NCBI RefSeq assembly: GCF_000829235.1
Contig: NZ_AP012549.1
Coordinates: 1,020,001 to 1,052,000, forward strand
Direction: 5' to 3'
DNA length: 32,000 bases
Origin: a cyanobacterium endosymbiont of Epithemia turgida isolate EtSB Lake Yunoko
GTDB lineage: Bacteria; Cyanobacteriota; Cyanobacteriia; Cyanobacteriales; Microcystaceae
Shown here: positions 1-10,087 of the stretch, one piece after another
Layout of the letters: every line of letters starts with the position of its first letter
How positions within the stretch are numbered: position 1 is the stretch's first letter
Made by a program: the position numbers and the translations under genes
Notes under the pieces: generated by a model
Seen by the model: the letters and a program-made list of their open reading frames with translations, nothing else
Databases searched by the model: none
What the model was told of the DNA's origin: nothing

Positions 1-605
1 GATTACTGTTAGCGTCTACCTCGGAAGTTTATGGAGATCCTGATGTGCATCCCCAACCTGAAGAATATAGAGGCAATGTTAACTGTACAGGGTTGCGAGC
101 TTGTTATGATGAAGGAAAACGGGTCGCTGAAACCTTGGCTTTTGAATATCATCGAGAACATAAAGTTGATATTCGGATTGCGCGGATTTTTAATACTTAC
201 GGGCCACGAATGTTAAAAAATGACGGTCGTGTTGTTAGTAATTTTATCGTTCAAGCCCTAGAAAGAAAACCTCTAACAGTTTATGGAGATGGCTCTCAAA
301 CTCGGAGTTTCTGCTATGTTTCCGACTTAGTTGAAGGTTTAATTGGACTTATGAATAATGATTATATTGGCCCAATCAATTTAGGTAATCCTGGCGAATA
401 TTCTATCCTAGAACTTGCCAATATTATCCGAAGAATGATTAATCCTGATATGAAATTAGTCTATAAAGATTTGCCTCAAGACGACCCCCGAAAACGGCAA
501 CCGGATATTACCAAAGCCAGCATCTATCTAGGTTGGGAACCCAGGATTTCTTTAAGAGAAGGTTTAGAGTTAACTATTAGAGATTTTCAGCAGCGAGTTT
601 ATTAA
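1..605 (+). CDS. UDP-glucuronate decarboxylase (UXS-type extended SDR, NAD-dependent epimerase/dehydratase), 5'-truncated at window edge
   Basis: The reading frame is already open from nt 3. It translates as [50 protein letters not shown]...[12 protein letters not shown], the typical UXS/dTDP-glucose-dehydratase core including YxxxK (YDEGK). Stop TAA is at 603-605. The GTG at 45 in the ORF track is internal. Confidence 0.9.
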   Translation, partial: LLLASTSEVYGDPDVHPQPEEYRGNVNCTGLRACYDEGKRVAETLAFEYHREHKVDIRIARIFNTYGPRMLKNDGRVVSNFIVQALERKPLTVYGDGSQTRSFCYVSDLVEGLIGLMNNDYIGPINLGNPGEYSILELANIIRRMINPDMKLVYKDLPQDDPRKRQPDITKASIYLGWEPRISLREGLELTIRDFQQRVY

Positions 606-649
606 ACAATTATTGACATTTAAATCATAAATTTAAAGGATAAAAAACC

Positions 650-1996
650 ATGCGCGTTTGTGTCATTGGAACTGGTTATGTTGGGTTAGTAACAGGAGTT
701 TGTTTAGCCCATATTGGTCATAATGTTATTTGTGTCGACAACAACGAAGAAAAGGTAAAGTTAATGAAGTCGGGACAGTCCCCCATTTATGAGCCTGGAC
801 TTTCGAAATTGATGCACGAATCGGCCGATGTCGGACGGTTAGAATTTACAGTAGATCTGGCCACAGGGGTAGCCCACGGAGAAGTTCTTTTTATTGCAGT
901 GGGAACCCCTGCTCTACCTACCGGCGAAAGCGATACCCGTTATGTGGAAGCGGTTGCTCGTAGTATTGGTACTAACTTATATCAAGGGTACAAAGTAATT
1001 GTCAATAAATCTACTGTTCCCATTGGTTCAGGGGACTGGGTAAGAATGATTGTGATGGATGGCTTAAACGAACGTCCCAATAATGGTAAGGTCGAGTTTG
1101 ATGTGGTTAGTAACCCAGAGTTTTTACGAGAAGGGTCAGCCGTTTATGATACTTTCAATCCTGAGCGCATTGTTTTAGGGAGCAATAGTAATAAAGCCAT
1201 TGCCATGATGCAAGAACTCTATAGTCCTTTAGTGGAGCGTAAATTTGCTAATAATACTGCCTTAAATCCTGTTCCAGTGGTAGTAACTGATTTAAACTCT
1301 GCAGAAATGATTAAATATGCGGCAAACGCATTTTTAGCAACCAAAATCAGCTTTATTAATGAAGTGGCTAATATCTGTGATCGCGTCGGAGCCGATATAA
1401 CTCAAGTAGCTAAAGGGATTGGATTGGATTCCCGTATTGGTAATAAATTCTTACAAGCGGGTATTGGTTGGGGAGGGTCTTGTTTCCCGAAAGATATTTT
1501 AGCTTTAATTCATACTGCAACCGATTATGGTTATGAAACAGAGTTACTCAATGCTGCTGTAGCTGTCAATAAACATCAGCGACTAATTGTTATTGAAAAA
1601 CTACAGCAGGAACTGAAGATTCTCAAAGGTAAAACCATTGGCTTGTTGGGGTTAACTTTTAAACCTAATACCGATGACATGCGAGACGCTCCATCTTTAG
1701 TCATCATTGAACAACTGAATCGTTTAGGGGCTAAAGTTAAAGCTTATGATCCGATTGTTTCACAATCAGGATTAAGTCATGGACTATCAGGAGTTATTAT
1801 TGAAGCCAACCCCGAAATGTTAGCCGACAGCTGCGATGCATTAGTGTTAGTAACAGGCTGGCAAGAGTTTCTTAAATTAGACTTTGAAAGAATGGCCAGT
1901 TTGATGGTTAGTCCTGTGATAATTGACGGTCGTAACTTCTTAAACCGATCTCAACTTGAATTTTTTGGCTTTCGTTATTTAGGAATTGGTCGGTAA
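650..1996 (+). CDS. ugd: UDP-glucose 6-dehydrogenase
   Basis: 448 aa. N-terminal Rossmann motif VIGTGYVGLVTG, catalytic-Cys motif GWGGSCFPKD, and C-terminal UDP-binding domain (GLTFKPNTDDMRDAP). It follows the UXS gene after a 44-nt gap, forming a UDP-xylose pathway pair. Confidence 0.95.
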   Translation: MRVCVIGTGYVGLVTGVCLAHIGHNVICVDNNEEKVKLMKSGQSPIYEPGLSKLMHESADVGRLEFTVDLATGVAHGEVLFIAVGTPALPTGESDTRYVEAVARSIGTNLYQGYKVIVNKSTVPIGSGDWVRMIVMDGLNERPNNGKVEFDVVSNPEFLREGSAVYDTFNPERIVLGSNSNKAIAMMQELYSPLVERKFANNTALNPVPVVVTDLNSAEMIKYAANAFLATKISFINEVANICDRVGADITQVAKGIGLDSRIGNKFLQAGIGWGGSCFPKDILALIHTATDYGYETELLNAAVAVNKHQRLIVIEKLQQELKILKGKTIGLLGLTFKPNTDDMRDAPSLVIIEQLNRLGAKVKAYDPIVSQSGLSHGLSGVIIEANPEMLADSCDALVLVTGWQEFLKLDFERMASLMVSPVIIDGRNFLNRSQLEFFGFRYLGIGR

Positions 1997-2088
1997 TTTG
2001 TAAGCACAGCTTGTCACTGACTATTAGTAGTCTAACGATGGATTGATTAATTTAGCAAAGTCTATTCGAAAAAAGATTATATATTTAG

Positions 2089-2772
2089 CTAGGGTAAATA
2101 CCATTTTTTAGGTTCAAACTCTTCTAAGGAATTGAGGACTTGATCAGCCTGGTCAAATAATTGGCAATCACTTGTTTTATAAGGAACTACTACCGTCGAC
2201 ATTTCTGCCGCAATCGCAGCTTTCATCCTTGCCAAGGAGTCTTCAAAGACTAAACAATCACGGGGATCTACCTTCAATCTTTGCGCCGTTAATAGGAAAA
2301 TATCAGGGGTAGGTTTACTTTTTTAAAAATCAGGATCATCCCCGAAAACAAAGTGATCAAAACAAGATACCCAAAAAGGAGAAGACGATATTTTTAACTC
2401 AAAATGATACCGAATAGAACTCGAGGCAATAGCCTGGGGAATGCCTTGTCTAGCAAAATGCTAAGTTAATTCCTTTGCACCCGAAAGAGGTTGGACAGTG
2501 GCATAGAGTGGATAGAGGAGGGCATAACGTTTTTTTATGTATTCTTCGGGAGTCAGGGGAATATCGAGTAATTCTACAAACAATTGTGCTTACTCTTTAA
2601 TACGGCGGCCAGCCATTTTTGCTTTAACCGAGAGATCACAAGTTTTTCCATAGCGTTGGGCAATAATTTGGTTGACCTTTTGGTAAAGAGTTTTTGTACC
2701 TAAGAGTAGTCCGTCCAGATCGTAAATTAAATAGGTGATAGGTTTGAAATAACAGAATGAGTAATTCATCAT
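2089..2772 (-). pseudogene. HAD-superfamily phosphatase (subfamily IA, HDHD1/beta-phosphoglucomutase-like) inactivated by three in-frame stop codons
   Basis: All 228 codons lie in one frame on the minus strand. The translation reads ...ITYLIYDLDGLLLGT...MAGRRIKE*AQLFVELLDIPLTPEEYIKKRYALLYPLYATVQPLSGAKELT*HFARQGIPQAIASSS...VFGDDPDF*KSKPTPDIFLLTAQRLKVDPRDCLVFEDSLARMKAAIAAEMSTVVVP. Stops are at 2590-2592 (TAA), 2461-2463 (TAG) and 2323-2325 (TAA). HAD motifs I (DLDG), II (ASSS) and IV (FEDS) are all still visible. Confidence 0.85.
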
Positions 2773-2954
2773 AAACTGCTTACCTTAGTCTTTCAATGGC
2801 AATAATTTAAATCCCTAGTTCTTTTATTCTTGAAAAAGTGTCGAAACTTCTAGATCATACTATTCTGGTTAAAGTTGTTAAGTTTTTCAAAAAGCTGAAA
2901 TGAAAAGAAATATTTATTTGTAATCCGTTATCATGCCTTAATAAGTAGTGAATT

Positions 2955-4364
2955 ATGAAAAGTGTAACGGACATGAATCAATTCTCTTGTCAAGCAGCAA
3001 CCCTCGTCAAACACACCAATATAAATCACCTTTTAAAACAAGGTATTAGTCTGATCAGTGGACTTAGTGTAGTCGGTAGTCAGCTGTTTCTATCTCCAGT
3101 TAATGCCTCCACCAATACCTTAATTATTGCCGATACCATAACATCATCAGGCAAACCAGGGACAGTTGAGTCGTCTTTCCCAAAAATTCCGAAATCTTTT
3201 CCTCGTATAGTACCTAATCGTCCTGCAGCTAATAAACCTGTCTTAAGTCCTCCCTCCGTTAAACCTGCTACCCCGAAAATAGCTCCCAAACCTTCAGTCT
3301 CTAACCGTACTAATGGAAATGCTGTTCCTAAAGTAGGATTACCAGCTCCCAAAGTCTTGCGCTCAACTTCTAAAAAGTCTTCTGTTGCTCCTGTAAGTCA
3401 ATCGCTAGCACCCTTTCAATCAGAAGAAATTAAAATCATTCCTTCAATAGCTGCCCAGGGTAAAAATAGTTATATAGATTTTACTGATTACGGCACAAAC
3501 CTTAGACAATCAGTAGTTCCTTCCAGTTCTGTCATTCTCACCGAAAGGTCAACAGGATGCCAAATTATTTCCCAAAACAGTCAACTGCTTAAAGGCAATT
3601 GTGGTTCAGTTGCTAAGGCGGAGTTTTCAAAAGTAAAACCTGCCTTAGCAAATCATGACGTTAATCTCGTAAGTCGTCACACAAGAGCTCTCTCTAAGGT
3701 TATTAGTTATTCCCCTTATACTTCTTCAGTGGAACCTGTCTATTTCAAAGCTCGTCCGGTTAATCCTCAACAAGTGGTCAGTTTAAAACCTATTACTAGA
3801 AAAAGATTATCTATTTCTTTAGAACCTATTCCTAAATATAATCGAGCGGCTAGTCTCTATAGTCGTCTAAATTCTATCGCTCCTCAACAAAGCCAAACAG
3901 ACTTAATATATCCTTTACCAGTGGTTGCCAGTATTACTTCAACTTTTGGGTGGCGCACTCATCCTATTTCAGGAACTGGTCGTCAACATAGCGGGACAGA
4001 TATCGGTGCCCCCATTGGGACCCCTGTTTTAGCAGCCTATGACGGGGAAGTTTCCCAATCCAACTGGCTTGGAGGGTATGGTTTGACAGTTATTCTGCGC
4101 CATCTAGAGGGAACTCAAGAGTCTCGTTATGCTCATTTATCAAAGGTTTATGTTCAACCTGGAGAATGGGTTGACCAGGGAGCCGTCATCGGACGAGTAG
4201 GAAGTACGGGTTATTCTACTGGTCCCCATTTACACTTTGAATGGCGACATTTAACTGACCAAGGTTGGGTTGCTGTTGATGCGGGACTACATTTAGAATC
4301 TGCTTTAGATAATTTAATACGTTCAATGCAGATGGTTGAGGCTATAAAAACTTTTAAGGGCTAA
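2955..4364 (+). CDS. M23 (LytM-type) metallopeptidase with Pro/Ser-rich N-terminal region
   Basis: 469 aa. The C-terminal domain carries HSGTDIGAPIGTPVLAAYDGEV ... GYSTGPHLHFEW, i.e. the HxxxD and HxH zinc motifs of Peptidase_M23. There is a hydrophobic segment near the N-terminus and a low-complexity P/S/K-rich linker. Confidence 0.9.
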   Translation: MKSVTDMNQFSCQAATLVKHTNINHLLKQGISLISGLSVVGSQLFLSPVNASTNTLIIADTITSSGKPGTVESSFPKIPKSFPRIVPNRPAANKPVLSPPSVKPATPKIAPKPSVSNRTNGNAVPKVGLPAPKVLRSTSKKSSVAPVSQSLAPFQSEEIKIIPSIAAQGKNSYIDFTDYGTNLRQSVVPSSSVILTERSTGCQIISQNSQLLKGNCGSVAKAEFSKVKPALANHDVNLVSRHTRALSKVISYSPYTSSVEPVYFKARPVNPQQVVSLKPITRKRLSISLEPIPKYNRAASLYSRLNSIAPQQSQTDLIYPLPVVASITSTFGWRTHPISGTGRQHSGTDIGAPIGTPVLAAYDGEVSQSNWLGGYGLTVILRHLEGTQESRYAHLSKVYVQPGEWVDQGAVIGRVGSTGYSTGPHLHFEWRHLTDQGWVAVDAGLHLESALDNLIRSMQMVEAIKTFKG

Positions 4365-4574
4365 ATTGAACTAACAAAATTAACTATTCAAACTTATTTT
4401 GATGACGGTATTATCGAGCTCTCTGCAATATATATAGGAGGTTTTTTTTGTCGTCAAAGTTCTGTAGTAATAACCCTTGAATACACAATTAAGACAATAA
4501 TTGCGCAATAGCTATTTGTCTTAATCTATGTAAGTTTTCTTATCTCTCCAAATTTAGTGCAAGTGGTGTAAGTT

Positions 4575-4613
4575 GAATATCTTGTTTTTAGAGAATCTAA
4601 AAACAAGATATTC
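4575..4613. repeat. Perfect 16-bp inverted repeat (hairpin), 7-nt loop
   Basis: gaatatcttgttttta (4575-4590) / gagaatc / taaaaacaagatattc (4598-4613). The arms are exact reverse complements. Confidence 0.9.
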
Positions 4614-4850
4614 ATGAGGAATTAAACCCTAGACTAGTAGAAAAATATTTTCACTAGCCTGATAGTGACTGTTATTACAACTTATAGTGCTTTCTCAAAA
4701 TTGATATTATTCAAGCAATTTTTTACATTCATAATCAGATAATATATGAAATTAGCAATAATTGTATCTTTACTTAATAGCTAATACTCAATAATATCAA
4801 TATATTATGATTAACTTTTTTTTGTAACCTGTAATTAATTATAAAAGTTA

Positions 4851-4903
4851 TTACCTACTTATAGCAGATAAATTTTAAAAATTGATCTGCTATAAGTAGG
4901 TAA
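4851..4903. repeat. Perfect 19-bp inverted repeat with a self-complementary AT spacer
   Basis: ttacctacttatagcagat (4851-4869) pairs with atctgctataagtaggtaa (4885-4903). The spacer contains aatttt/aaaatt, which can extend the stem. Confidence 0.9.
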
Positions 4904-4959
4904 ACTTAAATGAGTCTAAGATAGAATAGTAGTTTTAAAATAACTATCACTAGAGGCAA

Positions 4960-4982
4960 GTTCACTAAAGAATTTAGTGAAC
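4960..4982. repeat. 10-bp hairpin with 3-nt loop
   Basis: gttcactaaa / gaa / tttagtgaac, exact complement. Confidence 0.85.
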
Positions 4983-7118
4983 ACAGTTAGAATAGCAGAG
5001 ACTATAACAGTTAATTTTGAAATAAAATTCTCTCCATGATAAGAGTAAAAACATTATGTTTAAATCTAAGAAGATAGAAAGTACACAAAATATCTTGAGT
5101 AAAATTAGTTTTAAAAACCTTAAAATAAAAAGGTAGATAAGTCTAGAAAATTATAAAAATATAAAGCAATAGATACAGTAATTGTTCTTGATCATAAATC
5201 AGTGTATACAAGTAGTTTAGTTCAAACTAAACTGAAATAATGAAAATAAAAAAATGATGTTTATATTTTCTACTAACTCATACTTCAAAAGTAAACTTAA
5301 TAGAAATGTAATGGTATAAAATAAATTAATAAACCTGCTAAAAGCATATTTAAAGATGAATATATTTGAGCTAATTTAGCTAAATAAATTTTTGCTAAAA
5401 ATAATAATTTTTATTATCAACTGTATAGGCAATGTTGTGTAATTGCAGTGATAGCTGCTTCATTGATATATAGATTTTTACTGAAAACAAACTTTTAAAT
5501 AAAATAATTCGGACTTTATTTTAACAATCTACTGCCAAAAATAAATTAATTATATTTGTAGTATTATCTGATTTTAGGTTTGATAAAAACTTAATTATTT
5601 TTCTAGTAAATTTAGGGTTAGTTACTTTTTATATTAACCTTAACATCTTATGTTAGTTTTGATCATGTCAATACTATCTAAACCCTTATTTCTTAACCTA
5701 TCTAACGATAAAATACGACGTTTTTTATATCTGTCAACAAACTCCGATGCCAATAAATATATCAAAAATGTCTAGTGAACAAAACAATTATGTCCCTCAT
5801 AATCAATCATCTTCCAAAGGATATTTTCTATTGGTTTTTTAAAATTCTGTATTATTTTTCTTACTGATAATATTCTCTCTTAACTCGCCTGTCTTTGAAT
5901 ATATTCAAGTATATAAAAAAAATAATTGTACGGTATATTATTTACTTATTCTTGTAATCACTTATCTTTGTAATCAAAAATTTTATGATCAATTATTGAA
6001 GCTCCAATTAATAACTATCTCACATTCTATTAATCTAATCAAATATTAAAACATTGATTATATAATTCCTGCTGTTCTCTTAGTAACTATTAACTTTAGT
6101 TAAAACTTTCTATTATCATCGATACAAGAGACTTTATCAATAATTGTTGAGTGGTAGTTACATTATTTATTTCTTATAATAACCGTTAATAATTTTATTA
6201 AAATATTAGAGAATAAGATGATTAAAATTTTGATTTTCTGATTTTGAAAGAGTTAGTAAGCTTAGTTTAAAAACAATCTTTAATTCAATTAAAAATTTGA
6301 TCAATAATGGCTTGTCGTTACCGAATATGAACACTTTATCTAACCTATCTAACATCACTGTATTGTTATTTATAGTATTTTTATACTACTTTTTAATTAC
6401 TTCTTTCAAGAAATAGATAATTATTTATAATTGATTTCCAACTGAAATCAGTATAATTTATCTTAAAATTAAGTATGATTTATCTATTTTTAGGAATATT
6501 AAAGTTTAACTAATTAAAACTCAATATAAAAGTTATATCTAAAAAATTGACTTAAATTTTAATTAAAAATATTGGTAGTCTCTACATCAAATATATGAAC
6601 TTTTTAAGCATTATCGAGACAAATAAAAGAACTCATCAACAGATTTTCGAAATATTTCTTTAAAAACTTTAATTTTTTTCTTAAAAAGATATTGTATCTA
6701 ATCTTTAAATATATTCTTTTAGCTAAAGGTGAAAAATATCTTCCTTTGCAAAGAAAGTACTCCAAAATATACACCAGTCTATCATTGATTTATTCCCCAA
6801 AAATATTAGACAAAATAACGTTAATCAAGAACATATTTATAAATTTTCTATTCTCTGTACCCTTTACCGAAATCATTATTTTCTTGCAATCAGCCAAAAT
6901 TGTTAATAATAAATAAATCCTAAAATCCTTATCTAACCTAACTTATAGAAAAAAAAGAGGATGCAAAAAAATAGAATAAAGAATCTGAATCAAATTACCT
7001 ACAGAACTAACCTACAAGAGATAATCAGATAAATATCAGAACTGTTCTGACTAACCATTCACCACTGAACTTCTGTCTACCCTAGAACTTATTCTAATAA
7101 TATTTGAAGTAAATCAAT

Positions 7119-7166
7119 AAAAAAAACTATAGAGGCATAAAAGATTATGTCTCTATAGTTTTTTTT
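7119..7166. terminator. Bidirectional intrinsic terminator downstream of rnj
   Basis: A8 run (7119-7126), 12-bp stem ctatagaggcat / atgtctctatag (one G:U or C:A position), 8-nt loop, then T8 run (7159-7166). It lies 29 nt beyond the rnj stop on the minus strand. Confidence 0.7.
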
Positions 7167-7194
7167 ATTAAATTTAAAAGTCAAAAATAAACGT

Positions 7195-8967
7195 TTAAGA
7201 CATTGCAGACGCGGTTGAACGACGGCGACGATAGGTTTTCGTTACTGGACGTTCTCCAGGCTCGGGTTCTTCAGGAGTTTGAAGGAGAAACACTACCATT
7301 GGCTGACTTCGTAATTCGCGCCTAACTAATCGTTGCAACGTGGTTTCGATTTCCTCCTGGAAAAATTTCCAATTAACCCCAATCCCACTACGATTATCAT
7401 CATGAGAAAATTCATCCCAGCGTTCACTTAAAATTCGTTCAATAGCACGAATGATCAACTGTTCCAATAGCGATCGCTCTACTTTTGTCACCACACCCCG
7501 CAGATGAACTTCAGGTTTTGCCATCAGTTTCCCCTGCCAATTAATAGCAGTGGCTACTGTAACTACTCCTTCTTCAGCTAACTGTTGACGATCATGCATA
7601 ACATGATCATGCACTACACCAGTCTGATCTACTAACTCAATTCCAGAGGGAACTTGACCAAGAACATCGATATTATCCGGAGAAACTTCAACGATGTCTC
7701 CATTTTTTACAATTACCATGTTTTCTGTAGGAACACCCATGCTATGAGCAGTCTGAGCATGTTTAAGCAACATTCGGTGTTCCCCGTGAATCGGAATAAA
7801 GAATTTTGGACGAGTCAAAGCCAGCATTAATTTATGTTCTTCTTGGCAACCATGACCTGATACATGGATTCCTTGATGACGACCATAAATGACCTCAGCC
7901 CCCTGCATCATCAAGCGGTCAATGGTGTTCATCACCGCGATAGTATTCCCTGGAATGGGGTTAGCAGAGAAAACAACCGTATCCCCTTTTTGAACTCTGA
8001 TGTGGGGATGTTGTCCTGTAGAAATACGGGTTAACGCTGCTAATGGTTCTCCTTGAGATCCTGTGGTTAGCATTAATACTTTTTCGTCGGATAAATTCCG
8101 CATTACTTTGAGAGACACAAAAACGTCATCAGGACATTTAATGTAGCCCAATTCCCGCGCATGGGCAATAACATTAAGCATTGAACGTCCCACAACTGCC
8201 ACTTTTCGTTTGTGCTTCTCGGCGAGTTGCAAAATAATATTGACTCGATGTACCGAAGAAGCAAAAGTTGTAATTAACAACCGTCCAGGGGCTTGACTTA
8301 TAATGCGATCAAGGTTAGGATAAACCGATCTTTCCGAAGGGGTTATTCCTAAGACTTCAGCGTTGGTAGAGTCACTTAGTAGGCATAAAACACCTTTTTC
8401 TCCATGTTCAGCAAGTCTTTGTAGGTCGAAGTGCTGTCCATCAACAGGAGTATAATCAACTTTAAAGTCTCCTGTATGAATAACTACTCCTAACGGTGTG
8501 TGAATAGCTATGCTGAAACTATCGGTAATGGAATGGGTATTACGGATAAATTCCACTAAAAAAGAATCACTGATCCGTACCATATCCCTAGGTTCAGCCG
8601 TCTTTAGAGTTGTACGATCGCTGACTCCGGCTTCTTCCAACTTATCGCGCAATAGGGCAATCGCTAGTTTTGGACCGTAAATTACCGGAATATCAAATTG
8701 TTTTAGATGATAGGGAATGCCCCCAATATGGTCTTCATGACCATGAGTTACAATCATTCCCCTAATTTTAGTGCGATTTTCTCGCAAATATGTCATGTCA
8801 GGGAGAACAATATTCACACCGTGCATTCCATCAGTCGGAAAAGCAATTCCCGCATCTATCAGCAATATCTCATCTTCATACTCAAAAATACAAGTATTCT
8901 TGCCGATCTCATGTAATCCCCCTAAGGGAATAATTTTTAACGTTGGTTTTTTCAGGTTTTTACTCAT
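7195..8967 (-). CDS. rnj: Ribonuclease J (metallo-beta-lactamase / beta-CASP)
   Basis: LKIIPLGGLHEIGKNTC, the HGHEDHIGG zinc motif, beta-CASP and C-terminal domains. The ORF is open up to a TTG at 9003, but there is no SD there. I prefer the ATG at 8965-8967 (MSKNLKKPTLKIIPLGG) by analogy with cyanobacterial RNase J N-termini, so the start is uncertain by 36 nt. Confidence 0.9.
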   Translation of the reverse strand: MSKNLKKPTLKIIPLGGLHEIGKNTCIFEYEDEILLIDAGIAFPTDGMHGVNIVLPDMTYLRENRTKIRGMIVTHGHEDHIGGIPYHLKQFDIPVIYGPKLAIALLRDKLEEAGVSDRTTLKTAEPRDMVRISDSFLVEFIRNTHSITDSFSIAIHTPLGVVIHTGDFKVDYTPVDGQHFDLQRLAEHGEKGVLCLLSDSTNAEVLGITPSERSVYPNLDRIISQAPGRLLITTFASSVHRVNIILQLAEKHKRKVAVVGRSMLNVIAHARELGYIKCPDDVFVSLKVMRNLSDEKVLMLTTGSQGEPLAALTRISTGQHPHIRVQKGDTVVFSANPIPGNTIAVMNTIDRLMMQGAEVIYGRHQGIHVSGHGCQEEHKLMLALTRPKFFIPIHGEHRMLLKHAQTAHSMGVPTENMVIVKNGDIVEVSPDNIDVLGQVPSGIELVDQTGVVHDHVMHDRQQLAEEGVVTVATAINWQGKLMAKPEVHLRGVVTKVERSLLEQLIIRAIERILSERWDEFSHDDNRSGIGVNWKFFQEEIETTLQRLVRRELRSQPMVVFLLQTPEEPEPGERPVTKTYRRRRSTASAMS

Positions 8968-9145
8968 TGGACTCTTTTTCATTTCAGCTACTTTGATTGT
9001 CAACAGGTTAATTATCCAAAAATATAATTGTTCATAAAAATTTATCTAGTCTTATTCCTAGAATTAGTTGAAGTAAATTTTACAATTGCCGTTTATTTAA
9101 CTCCAATTAATCTTAGCCTATTTATTCCATCATAAAGCCTAATTC

Positions 9146-10036
9146 CTAAACAAGAGATAGGTGTTGTAAAACTGATTCTAACTCTTGTTTTAAGTTAGGA
9201 GATAGTTCTATTAGAGGAGGTCTTAGTCCTCCCACTTTCCATCCTTTTAAATTGAGTGCAGCTTTGATTGGAATAGGGTTAGTTGTACAAAATAGTGCTT
9301 TGAATAAGGGAAAAAGCTTTAAATTAATGTCTCTTGCAACCGTGGCTTTTCCTGTTCCAAATGCTTTAACCATTTCTTGTATCTGTTGTCCCACTAGATG
9401 ACTAGCCACGCTGACCACTCCTATTCCACCAACGGTCAACAAGGGTAGGGTCATAAAGTCATCTCCTGCATAAATCGCAAAAGAGTCGGGGGTTAAACGA
9501 CGAATTTGACAAGCCTGCTCTAAGTTTCCAGTAGCTTCTTTAATGGCAACAATGTTTTCAATTTCTGCTAATTTAGCCACTGTTTCAGGTAAGAGATTTT
9601 GTCCAGTACGCCCCGGCACGTTGTATAACATAATGGGTAAATCAGGGGACTTTTGAGCAATTTCTTTAAAGTGTTGATACAGTCCCTCTTGAGGGGGTTT
9701 ATTGTAATAGGGAACCACTTGTAATGATCCGTCTAAACCCAATTTAGATGCTTTTTCCGTTGCTTCTACCCCTTCTCTTGTAGAGTTAGAACCTGTGCCT
9801 GCAATAACTTTTCCTCGATTACCAACAGCTTTTTTAACTACCTGAAATAACTTATATTCTTCAGACCAACTTAAGGTAGGAGATTCCCCCGTTGTGCCGC
9901 AAATTACTAAGCCGTCGCTACCATTTTCTACTAAATAGTTAGCTAATTCCTCGGCTACTGCGTAATTTACTTGACCATTTTTATCAAAAGGAGTCACCAT
10001 GGCGGTGATTACTAGTCCAAAACTGCGATCACTCAT
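9146..10036 (-). CDS. dapA: 4-hydroxy-tetrahydrodipicolinate synthase
   Basis: 296 aa. ITAMVTPF, the GTTGES motif, and the Schiff-base lysine context [11 protein letters not shown] start at 10034-10036. Confidence 0.95.
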   Translation of the reverse strand: MSDRSFGLVITAMVTPFDKNGQVNYAVAEELANYLVENGSDGLVICGTTGESPTLSWSEEYKLFQVVKKAVGNRGKVIAGTGSNSTREGVEATEKASKLGLDGSLQVVPYYNKPPQEGLYQHFKEIAQKSPDLPIMLYNVPGRTGQNLLPETVAKLAEIENIVAIKEATGNLEQACQIRRLTPDSFAIYAGDDFMTLPLLTVGGIGVVSVASHLVGQQIQEMVKAFGTGKATVARDINLKLFPLFKALFCTTNPIPIKAALNLKGWKVGGLRPPLIELSPNLKQELESVLQHLSLV

Positions 10037-10087
10037 TCTTTCGTTTACTTTTTCAAAGTTAGTGGTTAATTTTTATTCTAAAAGCTT

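Noticed and set aside
31-216. 61-aa ORF overlapping the UXS gene in another frame
   Set aside because: It lies entirely inside a well-supported SDR coding frame, has no family resemblance, and is an alternative-frame artefact.
3080-3352. 90-aa antisense ORF inside the M23 peptidase gene
   Set aside because: It lies opposite the Pro/Ser-rich low-complexity linker. Its G/L/T-rich translation is the mirror of that bias, and it has no independent signals.
5051-5085. 35-nt similarity (26/35) between 5051-5085 and 17258-17292, plus a shared agagtaaaaac 11-mer. Both begin mini-ORFs M[FL]KSK[KR]I.
   Set aside because: My back-of-envelope estimate for about 80 % A+T sequence gives dozens of chance 11-mer matches between two 3-kb spans. 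The flanks do not align. It is not good evidence for a repeat family without a proper dot-plot.
6692-6916. 74-aa ORF in the first desert
   Set aside because: Its composition is identical to the surrounding AT-rich DNA and its translation is I/K/L/F/N filler. It has no SD and no domain, and is expected by chance in a 2.8-kb span.
4365-7194. CRISPR array or other regularly spaced repeats in the deserts
   Set aside because: The hairpins and palindromes all differ in sequence and are irregularly spaced. No direct repeat recurs at a fixed period, and there are no cas genes.
7470-7477. HIP1 octamer GCGATCGC, the cyanobacterial highly iterated palindrome
   Set aside because: It is the only copy I spotted in 32 kb, inside rnj. 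It is consistent with a cyanobacterial origin but is not a feature in itself.
8968-9003. TTG-initiated 12-codon N-terminal extension of RNase J
   Set aside because: There is no SD, and the residues (MTIKVAEMKKSP) have no counterpart in RNase J N-termini as I know them. The ATG at 8967 is preferred, but the extension is not excluded.
8707-9037. Two plus-strand ORFs (69 and 88 aa) overlapping the 5' end of rnj
   Set aside because: They are antisense to a highly conserved metallo-beta-lactamase domain, with no homology or SD. They are shadow ORFs.
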